A program made the translations under genes and the position numbers. A stretch of 64,000 bases of DNA from Rhizaria sp. SCN 62-66 (taxonomy: Eukaryota), in the NCBI GenBank assembly GCA_001724265.1, contig MEDY01000078.1, positions 1-64,000 on the forward strand, given 5' to 3'. The notes beneath the pieces are model-generated. The model did no database searches, was not told the DNA's origin, and saw only the letters and a program-made list of their open reading frames with translations. Shown here piece by piece: positions 12,884-25,517 of the stretch (position 1 is its first letter; every line of letters starts with the position of its first letter).

Positions 12884-14279
12884 TTAGATGCGCAGCGTAG
12901 AGTCGCCGCCGGCGTCGCCGGCCTCCATGCTCCACAGGTCAGTCGTGGCGGTGTCGCCGCTGGCCATGCGCGCGTCGACGCGGTCGCCGGAGGAGAAGAC
13001 GGCCAACACATCGGTCAGAGAGGCCAGGTGCGTGGGCTTGCCGTCGTCGTCGATGACCCAGAGGCGGTGCAGACGCTTGCCGGCCAGCGCCATGACGAGC
13101 TGGCGCAGCGTCGACGTCGCCGTGGTGCACACAGGCGAGAGCTGGTTGCTAGAGTACGTTTTGAGCCACTCCAGAACGGGCAGGTCCAGCGACGCAAACA
13201 GCGCAGGGAAGCCGTCCTTGGCCGTGAGGTCGTGCAGGTCGCTCGTGGCCACGTCGCACACAAGGCGGCCGGCCTCGTCCACCACGGCAAAGGCCGAGCG
13301 GCGCTGCGAGGCGAAGCGCTGCAGCACATCGATGAGGGGCGCCGTGTGTGCGACCGTCTCCACGGGCTTGAACACGCCCAGGGTGGAGGCCAGCGTCTCG
13401 CCCGCGGCGGCGATCTGGGGCGCGGTGGCGGCCAAGGCGGCGGCGCTGACGCCGGCCAGTCCGCCCTCGGAGGCCGCGAGCTTGGGGGAGCCGCCGCCCT
13501 CGTGAGCAGCGGCAGCGGCGGCGGCGGCGGCGTTGAAAATGGTGTTGATGTGAGCAATGAGGTCGGACTGCGAGCAGATGGACGACAGGCAGCGGTCGCG
13601 GCCGAAGAGCGCGACGCGATGGATGCCCGTGGACATGAAGTCCACCATCATGCTCACGGGGTTCTCACTGAACACAGGTACTAGGCGGTCCGTGGAGGCC
13701 GCCTTGACAACCTCGGCGGCGGTGATGCGCGCCAGAAAGGCCGCTGCGTTGTGCGCGTGCGTGCTGGAGCGCGATACGAGCACGGTTGCGTGGGAGGAGG
13801 CGCCGCCGCCACCGCCGTTGTTGATGGCGTGAGTCAGGATCGACAACACGTCGATGAAGCCGAGGCACTTGTTGGCGCCGCCCGCGGTGCGGATAACCGG
13901 CACGGAAAGGATCTTATGCTTGTGTAGCAGCGCGAGCACGTCCGTGACGGGCAGTGTGTCGGGCACGGTGACGGTGTGGCGGTTGGCGGGGATAATGCTG
14001 CGCAGGGGCGTGTTGTACATGAGCTTGTAGAACGGGTTGGGAGACAAGATCGTCACCTCGTTCTCAGTCATCTCCTGTAGTAGATTTGCGATGGCATGCC
14101 AGATGTGTACATTTTGTTGGCAGAGAGGCACAGTGAGGTTTAGGTGAGCGTATTGCACGAAAGAGCGAAACAAGATACGAGGCGAAGAATTAGGGCGTGG
14201 AGTCCAAATGCAGGGAGAAACGTACACCGGCGCGACTGGAGCGGCGCGTGGTAGTCGTGGCAGTGCCAGAAACCGACAT
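12884..14279 (-). CDS. CBS-domain protein with four CBS repeats (AMPK-gamma/SDS23-like), 414 aa. Model: complement(join(12884..14074,14226..14279))
   Basis: CBS motifs LLHKHKILSVPV...GFIDVLSIL, GIHRVALF...SICSQSDLI, SAFAVVDEAGRLV...TSDL and RLHRLWVIDDDGKP...SLTDVL. Intron 14225->14075 (GTACGT..CAG), phase 0. Confidence 0.85.
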
Positions 14280-14765
14280 TGCTTCCTGTGATGAAGTAAA
14301 CATGCGGTATACAGTGTACATGGACGAGTTTCGGGTGTGAGAAGCAATGGAAACATGGAGGGGAAGGTCGGAGATTCTTGCCCTCTCGCCTAGCCAGATC
14401 GCCACACTCTTCGAGTGCAATAAAATAAGAATCAACGCATTTATCAACAGAAAATACCGACATGCAAAAAGCCAGTCACGTTCTGCGGCAAATTGCACCG
14501 CAAAATGACGGATTTGAGAGGACCAAAGATTGCTTCTGTCGTCAGCGTCTCGAAGACGAAAGCAGCTGCTCGCTCGATTGCTCGCCGGAAGTTTTTGCGA
14601 ACCGAGTCGATTCTCTGTTTGTTTCTCGATGTCGGGAGGGCCGAAGCAGCGGGGCGGCAAACGTGAATAGCACAACCACATCTTCGTGAGTGTGATAGTA
14701 AACTTAACCAACAAGTCTTCCGACAGTATATTTATTCTGGGTGATATATTATCCCTCTCCACACA
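14280..14765. promoter_or_regulatory. Compact divergent promoter between the CBS gene and RRP1
   Basis: 486 nt between the two ATGs; contains TTTTTGCGAACCG at 14592-14604. Confidence 0.6.
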
Positions 14766-17700
14766 ATGAGCTCCGAGGCCGGTACGTCTTTTCCCACACC
14801 CACTTTTCCCCTACCTTCATTGCTCGAGCTACACCTACCTTCTACGAACTCTGTCTCCATCAAGACTTCATCTGAAGAAATGTTACTTGGTGACCGCATT
14901 TTATACACACGAATATATCTAAATCCACGCGTTGATCTTCACTGACTACTTCTTCTGTGTTGTATCCCTTGCTTCCCGCATGACTCTTGCTGATCGTTCC
15001 TCTTCACAGGTAATTTCAACCTGTTCCAGCGTCTGTCTCACAACGAGCAGAAGGTGCGGACCAAGACGCTCCACACGGTGCGCAACTACCTGCGCACGCG
15101 CCACGAGATGTCCGAGCTGGACATGCTCAAGGTTGCCAAGGGCCTCTTCTACTGCTTCTGGATGTCCGACAAGCCGGCGATCCAGCAGGAGCTTGCGTGG
15201 ACCATGGCGCGCACGCTGCACGTCATCCCGCCAAAGTTCGCGCCGCTCTTCATCCGCTGCTTCTTCCGCACGATGGTGCGCGAGTGGGGCGGGCTCGACC
15301 GCTTCCGCATGGACAAGTTCTTCAGCCTCGTGCGGCGCACCACGGGCGAGATGTTCGCCTACCTGCGCAACAACAACTGGGACTACGCGCTCACGCGCGA
15401 GATGATGGCCGCTGTCAGCGACGAGGTCTCGGCGCGCGCCACTGACTCCGGCCGCGGCGTTGCGCTGCACGTGGCCTCGCTGTGGATCAGTGCACTGCGC
15501 CACGGCATCGCCTCGCGCCGGTCAACCTACGCGCTGCCGCCGCGCACCTTCCCGACGCAGAACGCCGACGGGTCCGAGGGTGCGGCGGCGGCCGCGGCGG
15601 TTGAGGTGATCCCGCCGCCCGTGATGGTGCTGCTGCTGAAGCCGATGATCGAGCTGGGCACGGTCACCACGGACCCGGCGCTCGCGCGCGCGCTGCAAGA
15701 GGGCACCTGGGGCCACGTGCGCGGGCTCGCCGGCCGCACGATTCGCACCATGGCGCGCTTGGCGGGCATGGACCTAGCTGAGGAGGAGGAGGAGGAGCTG
15801 AGCGCCGAGGCGGCCAAGATGGTCGGCGCGATCCCGAACAAGTCCGAGACGGCTGCGGAAGAGGACCAGGTCGACGACGGCGTGGTCGAGGAGGCCGAGG
15901 AGGAGGAGGACGAGGAGATCGACTATGGCAACGACAACATGTTCGCCAATGACGACGATGAGGACACCAAGAAAGCCTCCAAGAGCAAGGCCGCCCCTGC
16001 TGCTAAGAAGGTCGCCAAGAAGGCCAAGAAGGGCAAGCGCGGCTCCAAGGACGACGACGACGATGACGATGAGAACGAGTTCGACGACGACGACGGCGAC
16101 GCCTCTGCACACGGCGCCGGCGGCGCCAATGCCATCAACCAGGGTTCCCTGATGCTCGGCCCTTCGATGGTCGAGGCGCTGTCTTCGCTCACCACAGTCA
16201 TGTTCGACATCGCATCCCGCGGCACGCTGCCCAACAACGCCACGCGCGGCCGCTTCTACCGCATCCACGCCGCGCTCGCGCCTCTGCTGCGCCAGGTATG
16301 TAGACTTGAACAGGATATGTCTCATGCATATGATAGTATTTCAAAATGAATTTTCATATCCAAACTTGAATTGCTTTTTCTTTTTTTAGTTCACTGACTT
16401 TTCTTTGTAATTTTATCTTGTACTTCTATTTGCGATATGATAACACAGGCGATCAAGACGAAGTTGGTGGACCTGAAGCAGTCAGCGCACATCGCGCAGG
16501 CGACCAAGGCCGTGCTGGGCCGCGACTACCCGCTGCTGGAGCAGTCGATCGCGACTGCGCTGCGCAAGGCGCGCGTGGCGGACCGCGGCAGCCTCGACGG
16601 GCGCGCCGTTGAGCTCATCGTGTTGCAGCAATTCGGGCTGGACAAGGCGTGCGGCACTGACGCCGCGGCCGCCGCCAAGGCCGTCAAGGAGGCCGAGGCC
16701 GCGCTCCGGGCCGGCCCGCAGACCGTGGCTGAGGGCACCAAGGCCTACAGCGCCCAGCTCACCGGCGAGGCAGCCGCCCCCGCTCCCGTTAAGGCTAGTA
16801 CTGCTAAGGACTCCGCCAAGAAGACTGCTGCCGCTGCCCCCGCTGCTAAGGCTGCTGCTGCTAAGGGCGGTGAGACCAAGCTCCAGAAGGCCATCGCCAC
16901 CGCGGGCGCCGCCGCGGCCGCCGCCAAGCCCGCGCGCGAGACCGAGGCGACGGCCAAGGTCTCCGAGCGCAGCGGCAAGGTGGGTTCCCGGACCGTGGTG
17001 ATGGAGACTGACGCCAAGGGGAAGCTGCGCACCGTCCAGACCACCGAGTCCGGCTCCGAGTCCGACGAGGACGAGGACGAGGAGGACCTCGAGATGGACG
17101 AGGATGAGGACGAGGACATGATGGACTTTGAGGGCGACGAGGGCGACTTCGAGGGCGACTTTGAGGGCGATTTCGAGGGCGATGAGGATGACATGATGCG
17201 CGCTATGATGATGGGCGACGAGGGCGACTTTGAGGGTGACTTTGAGGGTGACTTTGACGGTCTTGAGGGCGATCTCGAGGGCGACGAGTCGGTGTTCTTC
17301 GATGAGGCCGACGAGGAGGACGCCGACATCGACGAGGGCGACGAGGAGGAGGGTACGTCAACACTTCCGGCACTCTGCGCAAAACAGAAGTTAAAATGCA
17401 CATTCCTGTGGTTTCTCACAGAGATTATATCGAGCTTAAGATCTAGTTTACAATACGATTTTAAATGTGGCGCACTCTCTCTTGTAATTTTATTACATAT
17501 TCCTCATATGTCTCTCTACCTATCCCATTTGTGTTCCCTATTCTTTGTTTAGACATCGAGTTCGACGAGGACGACCTCTACGCATCGGACTCCGAGTCCG
17601 AGCCCGAGCCCGCCGCCGCACCCGCCAAAAAGGGCTCTGCCGCCACCGCCAAGGCCCCCGCTGGCAAGACCGCGCCCGCGCCCATGGGTTCCGGCGCACG

Positions 17701-18034
17701 CGTGACCGGCAAGACCACGCTGCCCGCGCCCGCGCCGGTGCCCATGAGCAAGAAGGAGACCAAGGCTGCCGCCGCCGCCGCTCAGGCCAAGGCCGAGGCG
17801 GAGGCCGCCGCTGCCGCCGCCGCCGCTGCTGCCAAGGCCGCCGCTGCCGCCAAGGCCGGCAAGGCTGGCAAGGGCCTCAAGCGCGCTGCCGAGGATGAGG
17901 TGAAGCCTGCCACCAGCAAGAAGGCGGCTCCCGCTCCCGCCGCCGCCCCTGTCGCCGCGAGTAAGAGCGGCAAGAAGGAGAAGGTGGTCGAGCTCGCCAA
18001 GCCGGCTCCTGTCGCCGACAAGAAGCGCAAGTAA
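14766..18034 (+). CDS. RRP1: Ribosomal RNA processing protein 1 (Nop52/NNP-1 family) with long acidic and Lys/Ala-rich extensions, 895 aa. Model: join(14766..14781,15010..16295,16449..17352,17553..18034)
   Basis: Nop52 signature KGLFYCFWMSDKPAIQQELA...FFRTMVREWGGLDRFRMDKF. Three GT-AG introns keep the frame. C-terminal KKRK then TAA. Confidence 0.92.
17124..17288 (+). repeat. Imperfect 12-nt tandem repeat (GAGGGCGACTTY) encoding (EGDF)n inside RRP1
   Basis: Translation DFEGDEGDFEGDFEGDFEGDE...GDEGDFEGDFEGDFDGLEGDLEGDE. Confidence 0.9.
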
Positions 18035-18462
18035 GCAAGTGGCTGAGTGCACTGACAATATGCGAAGTCTTGAGTAGTCTAGTTTTATAATCAATTGTTT
18101 TTCAACTGTATAGTGTCTTCATTTTCTTTCACTAACAGTATCATTAAGGATAATCAAAAAAGTATGCTCCTATAAGCGCTATTGCTTTACAAATACACAT
18201 ATATCAACTAACATCAATCACATCGTTTAGTATATCTTGTTTGTGTATTGTTGCCCCTCATGACAAACTATTCCAGCAAAGCAATAACACATAACATCTT
18301 AACCACGCTCTTAAATCTTAAATTTTAATCAACATTTTGGCTATGTTACGTTCAACCTCCAAACTCGCCCCCCCCCCCCCCAGCACTCGTTATGACCATC
18401 AACACATAAACTGTGCCTTGTTTAACTTCTCTTCGCTCTGCGCTTGCCTTGTCCCGTTTTGC

Positions 18463-20073
18463 TTAGAACACGAACGGCATGATGACGGGCGTCTTCTTCT
18501 TGTAAGCCTGGTACATGGCGTTGCTGCCGTATCGGCGCTCCTTGGCGTCCTCGCTCATGGGCACCCCGGACACAGCGACGACACCGAAGATGACCAGCAG
18601 CGGCGACAGGATCGCCGCGATGCTCTGCTTGAGCCCGGTAAGGCCAGCCCAGCAGGTCATCGCGAGCCCGATAGCGCAGAGGCACTGGCCTAGCAGGTTG
18701 GGGTTGCGCGTGTACTTCCACAGGCCAGTGTTGAGGAACTTGCTGTGCAGAGCCGAGTCGGCCGACAGCCCCTCCATCGAGCCGTCGGGGCGCACTGAGC
18801 CCGCTGCGGCGGGGGCGGGGGCCGCGGCGGCGGCAGCGTAGCTCGCAGGCGCAGAGCCAGAAGAGGCGGCGCCAGCGCTGGCCTGGCTGGGGGCGGCGCT
18901 GCTGACGCTGATGTTGCCGCTGCTCTTGTGCAGGCTCTGCTCAAAGCTGTTGCGCTGGAAGTCGGACACGCACTCGAGCGCGAAGCCAGCGAGCCAGATG
19001 GCGATGCCCAAGTAGTCGCTACGGCAGAGGTTGTGCCAGCTCCAGTCGCCCCACTGGCCGTGGCGCGCGAAACCGCGGATGTTGCGGAGGAATTCAGGCA
19101 GCTGCACGGTGCCGAGCGGCGTGTGGAGCTCGCGGGGCAGCGCGGGCTTGCCGGGCAGCGTGTAGCTCGTCACAGGGGTGTCGTTCGAGTTAAGCAGGAT
19201 CACGGGGAGCATCGACACCATCACCCACGTGACCTGGGAGAGCCAGTACACGAGCTTCGACACGGGCTTGGAGCGGATCGCGGCGAAACGCTTGTCGAGG
19301 GAGGCCGCGTCCGAGGGCGCGAACAGCGGCAGCAGCGCCGAGGACATGCCGCGGATGGCCGTGGCGGCGACCATGGCAAAGACGAAGAGTTTGCGCAGGC
19401 CCCAGTCAGGCTGGGTGAAGAGAGTGAAGGTTGCGATCAGGAGGAAGTTCAGGCCGTCTATAAAAGAGAATAAAACGGGTATATACACGCGTAGTGAGAT
19501 ATAGACAACGTTTTAAGATAGAGATGATTTGATAAACTGTTGTCATTAAAAATAATTCGCGTTAAACTCGGTATTGTGATATATAAATGCGGTTTGGTGT
19601 GAACTGACAAGCGACTTGTCAGTTCCATTGAAAGCATCCTTGCTGCTCTCGCTTGTGTAACGTACTGAGGAAGCGGTACTGCCCCTCCTTGCCCATAACG
19701 GCGTGGGGCAGAAACCCGGCAAGCATTTGGAGTCCCAGCGTGAGGTAAAAGCAGCGCGCGAGCTGGGTCAGCGGCGTCTGGTCAAAGACGTGCTCGTAAT
19801 ACCACCGTGCCAAGGGCCCCAGCTTGTCCCACGCTGCGGCCAGCGCGGCCGCGGACTTGTCGAGCCCGCGGGAGATGAGCTCGGAGCCCTTATCCAGCGC
19901 AGCGGGGATCGGCGGGAGGTCAGCCTGGGTAAAGAATAACGCAAAGCGAGAGAAGAGAGTTTGGCTAGAATGAGAGAGACGGAAGCAGCGAGCGGAGCTA
20001 GAGGAGTTGGTTTGCTTTGTTGAGGCGCGAAGATTACCTTGGAGATGCGCCAGCTTGGATTCCACTTGTTCAT
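18463..20073 (-). CDS. DUF1295 / steroid 5-alpha-reductase-like integral membrane protein, 429 aa. Model: complement(join(18463..19457,19666..19924,20038..20073))
   Basis: Motifs DKRFAAIR, GFALECVSDFQR, GLWKYTRNPNLLG and SGVPMSE...YQAYKKKTPVIMP, plus several hydrophobic helices. Two introns keep the frame. Confidence 0.8.
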
Positions 20074-20607
20074 GGTGTCAAAAACGGCACGCTTAGCAGT
20101 TTCAGTAGCCTAGATGCAATGTAGTATGCGTAATAATGTACGTGAGACAGGAGGGAGAGACGGAATGAAGAGGTGGGATGAGACTCTGAAGACATGACTT
20201 AAAGATGCACACGACTGAGTCATCTGAGGGTATCGTTGAAAGACGTGAAAATTCAGAGAGTGATAAAGCAAATATGTATGCGTACCATGTTAAAGACTAG
20301 TTGTTCACTGTTTAGTCGCTGGTTTAAAACCACGACCTGGTCGAGACTGCGCGCGCCAAAGCCGCAATTTGTTTTCAAGTTGCGCACGTCGTGTCACTTG
20401 AAGAAAGACGAGGTCGCAAGATCTGCGAGATAACACACAGACGTCGCCAAAGTACGCTTAAATATGTAAAAACGGAACAGGAATAACAATATAAGTCATG
20501 AGAGTCACTGAAACCAAGCCAGATAAAGTCTCGCACAGCACAGTTCCACAGGCACAAGTTGACGGCTACAAACCCAGTCGCTTTTGTTTCAGTAAGCCCC
20601 GGCCCGC

Positions 20608-23600
20608 TCACTTGGGGTAGCGGTCGTTGTCCCACGCGCTCTTCAACGCCTCAGTCTTGACCAGGCGGTGCGCCTCGACGATGGCCTGTGTGCGCAGCTG
20701 CGTGTACGCCACCGAGTACGGCGCGGCTGCGAAGGCGCGAACAAAAGACAAAAACACAACAGTTTAAGGCTTAGATAAGTATCATATCAAGCGAAACTCG
20801 GATATAACGCAATGCAATGCAAATCAAAAGATATAAACTGGGTACACAGGGATGTGTAAACGTTAATCATCATAGAGTAGTCTTCATCTGTTTTAGTGAC
20901 GTACTGTCCTCGCGGTAGAAGTCGGGGTGATACTTCATGAGCTGCGTGCGGTAGCCGTTACGAATCTCAGCCATAGTGATGCGCCGGGCCTCATTGTACG
21001 TGCGGGGACGCGGCAGACCTAGCACCTCGTACACATCTGCATCGACACAGCAAAAGAGAGAAACGACAACAACACAGTTAGTGTGAGCGAAAGGAAAAGT
21101 GTTAAGATGCACATGTCACTTGAAACAGACATAGACAGAATTAAATTGATAGAGAACCTAGATGTAGCAACCAAATAATGTAGGGTTGAATGTTCAAAAT
21201 CAGCCAACAAAAGTATATCAGACATAACGAAGATTGCGACGTACCGTTGGGGATCTCCGGCGGCGGCTTGTTGCGGTGGCGCGCCTCCTGCTCCTTCTTC
21301 TTCCTCGCCTTCTCGGCCTCCTCCTGGGCACGGCGCGCCGCGCGCTCCTGCTCCCGGCGCCGGCTCGCGGCCGCGGCCGCGGCCTCCTCCTCAGCTTTAC
21401 GCTGCTGCTCTTGCTGCTGCCTATACGTATACTGCTGTTGCTGCTGCTGCTGTGCGTACTGCTGCTGCTGCTGCGCGCTACGGCGCTGCTCCTCCGCCGC
21501 CTCGGCCGCCGCCGCGGCCGCCGCAGCCTCAGCCTCGGCCTCTGCGCGGGCCCGGCTGTGACGTAGCCCCTCTTGCACGGTGGCCTGGCGCTGGCGCGCC
21601 TTGGCGTCCCGCTTGAACAGCTCCTCCCAGCGCTGCTGGCCCTGCGTGCCTAGCCGCGCCGCCATGGTCTGGCCCGGCCGGTGCAGCCACTCGGCGGCGC
21701 TGTTGAGCCGCTCTTCGCTGTGCGATAGCAACAGCTCGCGGACCTTGATCTCCTCGGAGCGCGTCTGCGCCCACTCGCTTTGCAGCGACTTGCGGAGACG
21801 GAACACGTCGAGCTTCGCCTTGAGCCCGTAGACACCGGCGAACAGCGCGGAGATCTTGGAGAGGATGGGGATGAAGCGGAAAAGCACCGCGGACTGGCCG
21901 AGGAAGCCCGCGCCGGTCATCCACGCTGTCGCCATAGTGGCGCCGCGGGTGAGGCTCTCGAGCATGCCGGTCTGCTGCAGCCCGAACGACCGGCCGGTGA
22001 CGGCCGAAGTGTAAACTTCCCAGTCCGAGAACATGTGGCTGTACACGGACTTGTAGCCCGGCAGGAACAGCCGGCGCGAGAGCGGGGACTCGACCGTGAT
22101 TTCGTAGTCGTCCGGCTTAAAGTCGTTGGGCGCCAGCGACTGGCCGAGCTTCGCGGCCTCGGTGATGGCCGCCTTTGTCAGCGGTGGGAACTTAAGCAGC
22201 GAACCGTCGCTGGCGAGTTGGCCGCCGAACTGCAGGATCGTCAGCTCGGTCCGCGCCACGGCCGCCTGGGCCTGCAGCAGCGCCGTCTTCTCGAGCATCG
22301 TGAACTCGTCTGTCTGCACGTCGCCCAGCGGCAGCGGGGTAGCGGGGACCAGGCGCACCTTGTCCGTGGACATCGGCAGCACGCGCGACAGGACGCCCAC
22401 GGCCCCCAGCGCGCCGCGCTCAATCCAGGACCGCGACGCGCGCACGTCAGAGTCGGTGTTGGAGTCGGGCTTGACGACGAGGCGGCGGCCGCGCCAGAAC
22501 AGGCCTGCGTGAGATAGAAACAAAAACGAACGAATTGAAAGGGATATAAGATATTAGAGAGAAATAGCATCAAATATAGGTCAGTTTTGTTTAAGGTACT
22601 CAAAATAATCCCTAATTTACTTGAACACTCGAAAGACGTTAAGATATACAGCTTCAGAAATAGTGACTCATTGCTGCTGCGAATAAACATCTCAAGTCTT
22701 AGCGGCGTTGTAAGTCGGAAAAAGAGCAATATGCACACGTACCTGGCTTGGAGTCCTCCTGGTAAGCGAGCCCCATGCCCTCATCGGTGCGCTTGCTGCC
22801 CTTGAAGAGCTCGCCGGGCGCGGCGGCGGCGGCGGCCTTGTCGCTCTCCTCGTCGAGGAAGCTCGTGGCGGCGTCGTTGGCGTACCTATTCACGCGGTAA
22901 TTGACGCTAAACCCGTTGGACGAGTGCGAGGAGCGGACGTTGCTGCCGCCGAAAACGGTCCCAATCACCTTGCGCGCACGCTTCCAGTTGTCCTATGAAT
23001 AGCAAGCGAAGATTAAAAATCAAAACATAAAGTGGGTTAGATACTAGCATATTCAGCTGAAACAACATCACATAGAGTACATCAAGGAAATTAAAAATAG
23101 TCACAGAAATGTGACATCTCGAGATACAAATGATATCGTTGTTTTCTGCATGCGTGCGCTCATTCGCAAGACGGACCTGGCTCATGTGCGCTGACGCAAA
23201 AGCCGCCGCGCGCCGCGGGTCGAACCGGCTGGTGTAGTCTGGCGGGCGGAAGGCGAAGATGCCGAGTGAGTTGTGCTCCGGCGGCGTCAGAAACGCGGGC
23301 GACCAAGGATGCGCCAGGTTCGCGGGCGCCTTGAGAATATCGACCATTTCGCGGGTGAACTCGTAGCCGGCGTATACCTGCGAGGCGCGCATGCGCGCGT
23401 CCGCGAAGATGCCGTGTGTGGCGCCCATGTCCCCGTCGAACATATTGTAGTCGATGACGCGGATTGTGTTGCTACGCTTGTGCCGGATCGTCACAGTGAA
23501 CGTGAAGGCCCAGAACGGCAGCACAACGGGCGTCAACGACTTGGGCGGGATCGGGCGAAAAAATGGCGTTTTCCGCCAAAACCACTTGGAGTAGGCCTCC

Positions 23601-24079
23601 ATGCAGTCGTCGGGGGACAGGCGGAAGGGAATGCCCTCTGAGTTGGCCGGGATGTTGAGTCCGGTATCGCTGCGCGTAGTGCCCGACGGGGGCGGCTCGC
23701 GGCGCCAAAAGCGGGTCTTGGGGGCCGCTCCGGCGGCGCTGGAGGAGTTGGAGCCGAATGACGCGAAGTGACGCGCCTGGCTCGTCGCAACAGGGGTCTT
23801 CGTAGCTGCGGTGGCAGAGGCAGGGGTAACGTAGGAACTCGCAGTTGTCGAGACGAGAGTGTTGGCGCTTGACGTGAAACTGACGCTGGAAGCTGTAATA
23901 GGGCGGGATAAAACGGCCGCACGGGGCTTAGAGGCGGTGTACGTCACAAAGGAGGCCATAGAAGCGCTCACAGGAGCCGCAGTCGCAGTTTGGGCAGGTC
24001 GCAGAGCCTGAGTGGCGCTGCTGCTGCGCGAGCCGATGTGCCCGGCGCGGACGAGGGCAGCGCGGGAGCGGAGAAGCAT
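20608..24079 (-). CDS. DnaJ-domain protein with a C-terminal J domain, predicted mitochondrial presequence, membrane segment and coiled coil, 887 aa. Model: complement(join(20608..20726,20905..21036,21245..22504,22743..22992,23177..24079))
   Basis: J domain DVYEVLGL...EIRNGYRTQLMKYHPD...TQAIVEAHRLV. N-terminus MLLRSRAALVRAG is Arg/Ser/Ala-rich and acid-free. Four introns have consistent phases. Stop TGA. Confidence 0.8.
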
Positions 24080-24785
24080 CGTGATAGAAAAGACGCCAAA
24101 ATGGCGTGGCGTGGTCTTCGCGGCGAGAAAGGGGAAAGGCCTGGGTCTGCACCTGGGACGAAGCACGATCACAGAAGATTCGTTAGCATAGTGAGTTAAG
24201 GAAGTGTGAGTCAGGGGTACAAGAGAAGCGTGCGAAGTAGTTAGCAAAATATAATAGACGGCTCAAAAGTGAAAATGCATTTGATTGCTATTCATCTCTC
24301 TTTCGTTCTAGAACAACGAGTGTATCATGCAGGCAAGCATTGATCGAAGTTACCCTTGCCGAGTCCTTGTGGTCCAAATCGAGGTGGTTGGCGACGAAAT
24401 TCGAAATGGAGCCGACCTGTTTCGACTGCAACTCGATAAATCGAGCGTCAGTGAGCCTGTGACTCGTTTTATACTGTGATTATAGGCGGGTGTTTACTAT
24501 TTTCTAATTATATATTCTCATGTTTAGTATATTCTATCGAACCAATCCCTGTCAACCCTCGCCCCCACTCACTGTCTCATCCTACTTGCCCGCCTTCCCT
24601 ACCCCACCGCACCTCACCTTGAATCCACCTTCAATCAGAACAAACCCCAAACCCCAGTTTTCAAAAACGCTACTCTGTCTCTACATTGAGCTGAAGCGCA
24701 TCACACAAAACTCTCACCCCTCAACCCGCTACTAACACTCAACCCACTCCAGCCTGTTTCAACAGCGCCAGCGCCCACAGCTCCG
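24080..24785. promoter_or_regulatory. Divergent promoter between the J-domain gene and TMEM216
   Basis: Head-to-head arrangement with C/T-rich leader-like stretches flanking a central core. Confidence 0.55.
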
Positions 24786-25517
24786 ATGTCTTCGGCCTCC
24801 GTCAAGCGCAGCAGCCCGATCACGTCGTCGCTGCCGCTGCAGATCTTTCTCTACTACAACGGCTGGATGATCTTCGCCTACGTGTGCTGCACGATCGCCA
24901 CGTTTGTGTGGAAGAGCGAGCGCATGCCCTACCCCGGCTTCCTGCTGGGCTGGGAGTCCGCTGCGTTTGCGCTGCTGGCCCTGATCGACATCTGCCGTGT
25001 TGCGCTTGGGTCAAAGGGCAACAGGACGCGCTCCGTTGGCGCATTGGTACGCCGCTTTGTTGAACACCAACGACACTTGCACGCTTCACTGGGGGAAGAC
25101 TTGCCTTGACTGTTTGTCACCTTGAACACTTGGACTCGCGGCTGCTGGTCACGCCACAACTCACTCGTTGCTCTTGATTTGTCTTGTTTTTGATGTTGTC
25201 CTGTAGATTATGTTTTTGCTTCTCTGCATTCCTGTCATCATGGGCTGCGTGTATTTCATTCGCTGGCAGGTACGTCGCGGCCTAATTTTATCTTTTAACG
25301 TGATCTTGTGAGATACATTCAGCGTAGAAACAACATCGCAATAACATCGCTCATTCCCTTTGTAATGTTGACCTGTGTGTTTTTGTGCAAAATATGTCAT
25401 TATATGCAGACGTACATCGTGCGGCTCGACCTGATCATCTTCAGCGCCGCGATTGGCTTCACCAGCATAGAGTTCCTCTTGGGCATCATCACAGTCATCT
25501 CTTTCGCCACAGCATGA
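24786..25517 (+). CDS. TMEM216: Ciliary transition-zone membrane protein of the TMEM216/TMEM17/TMEM80 family, 143 aa. Model: join(24786..25046,25207..25269,25410..25517)
   Basis: Motifs SSLPLQIFLYYN, LGSKGNRT and YFIRWQTYIVRLD; four hydrophobic helices; two phase-0 introns. Confidence 0.85.

Noticed and set aside
18368-18381. C14 homopolymer (G14 on the minus strand) between convergent genes
   Set aside because: Single homopolymer with no supporting context; its length may be an assembly artefact.
24642-24657. AAACCCCAAACCCC, telomere-like
   Set aside because: Only two units, within a C/A-rich leader region; not an array.
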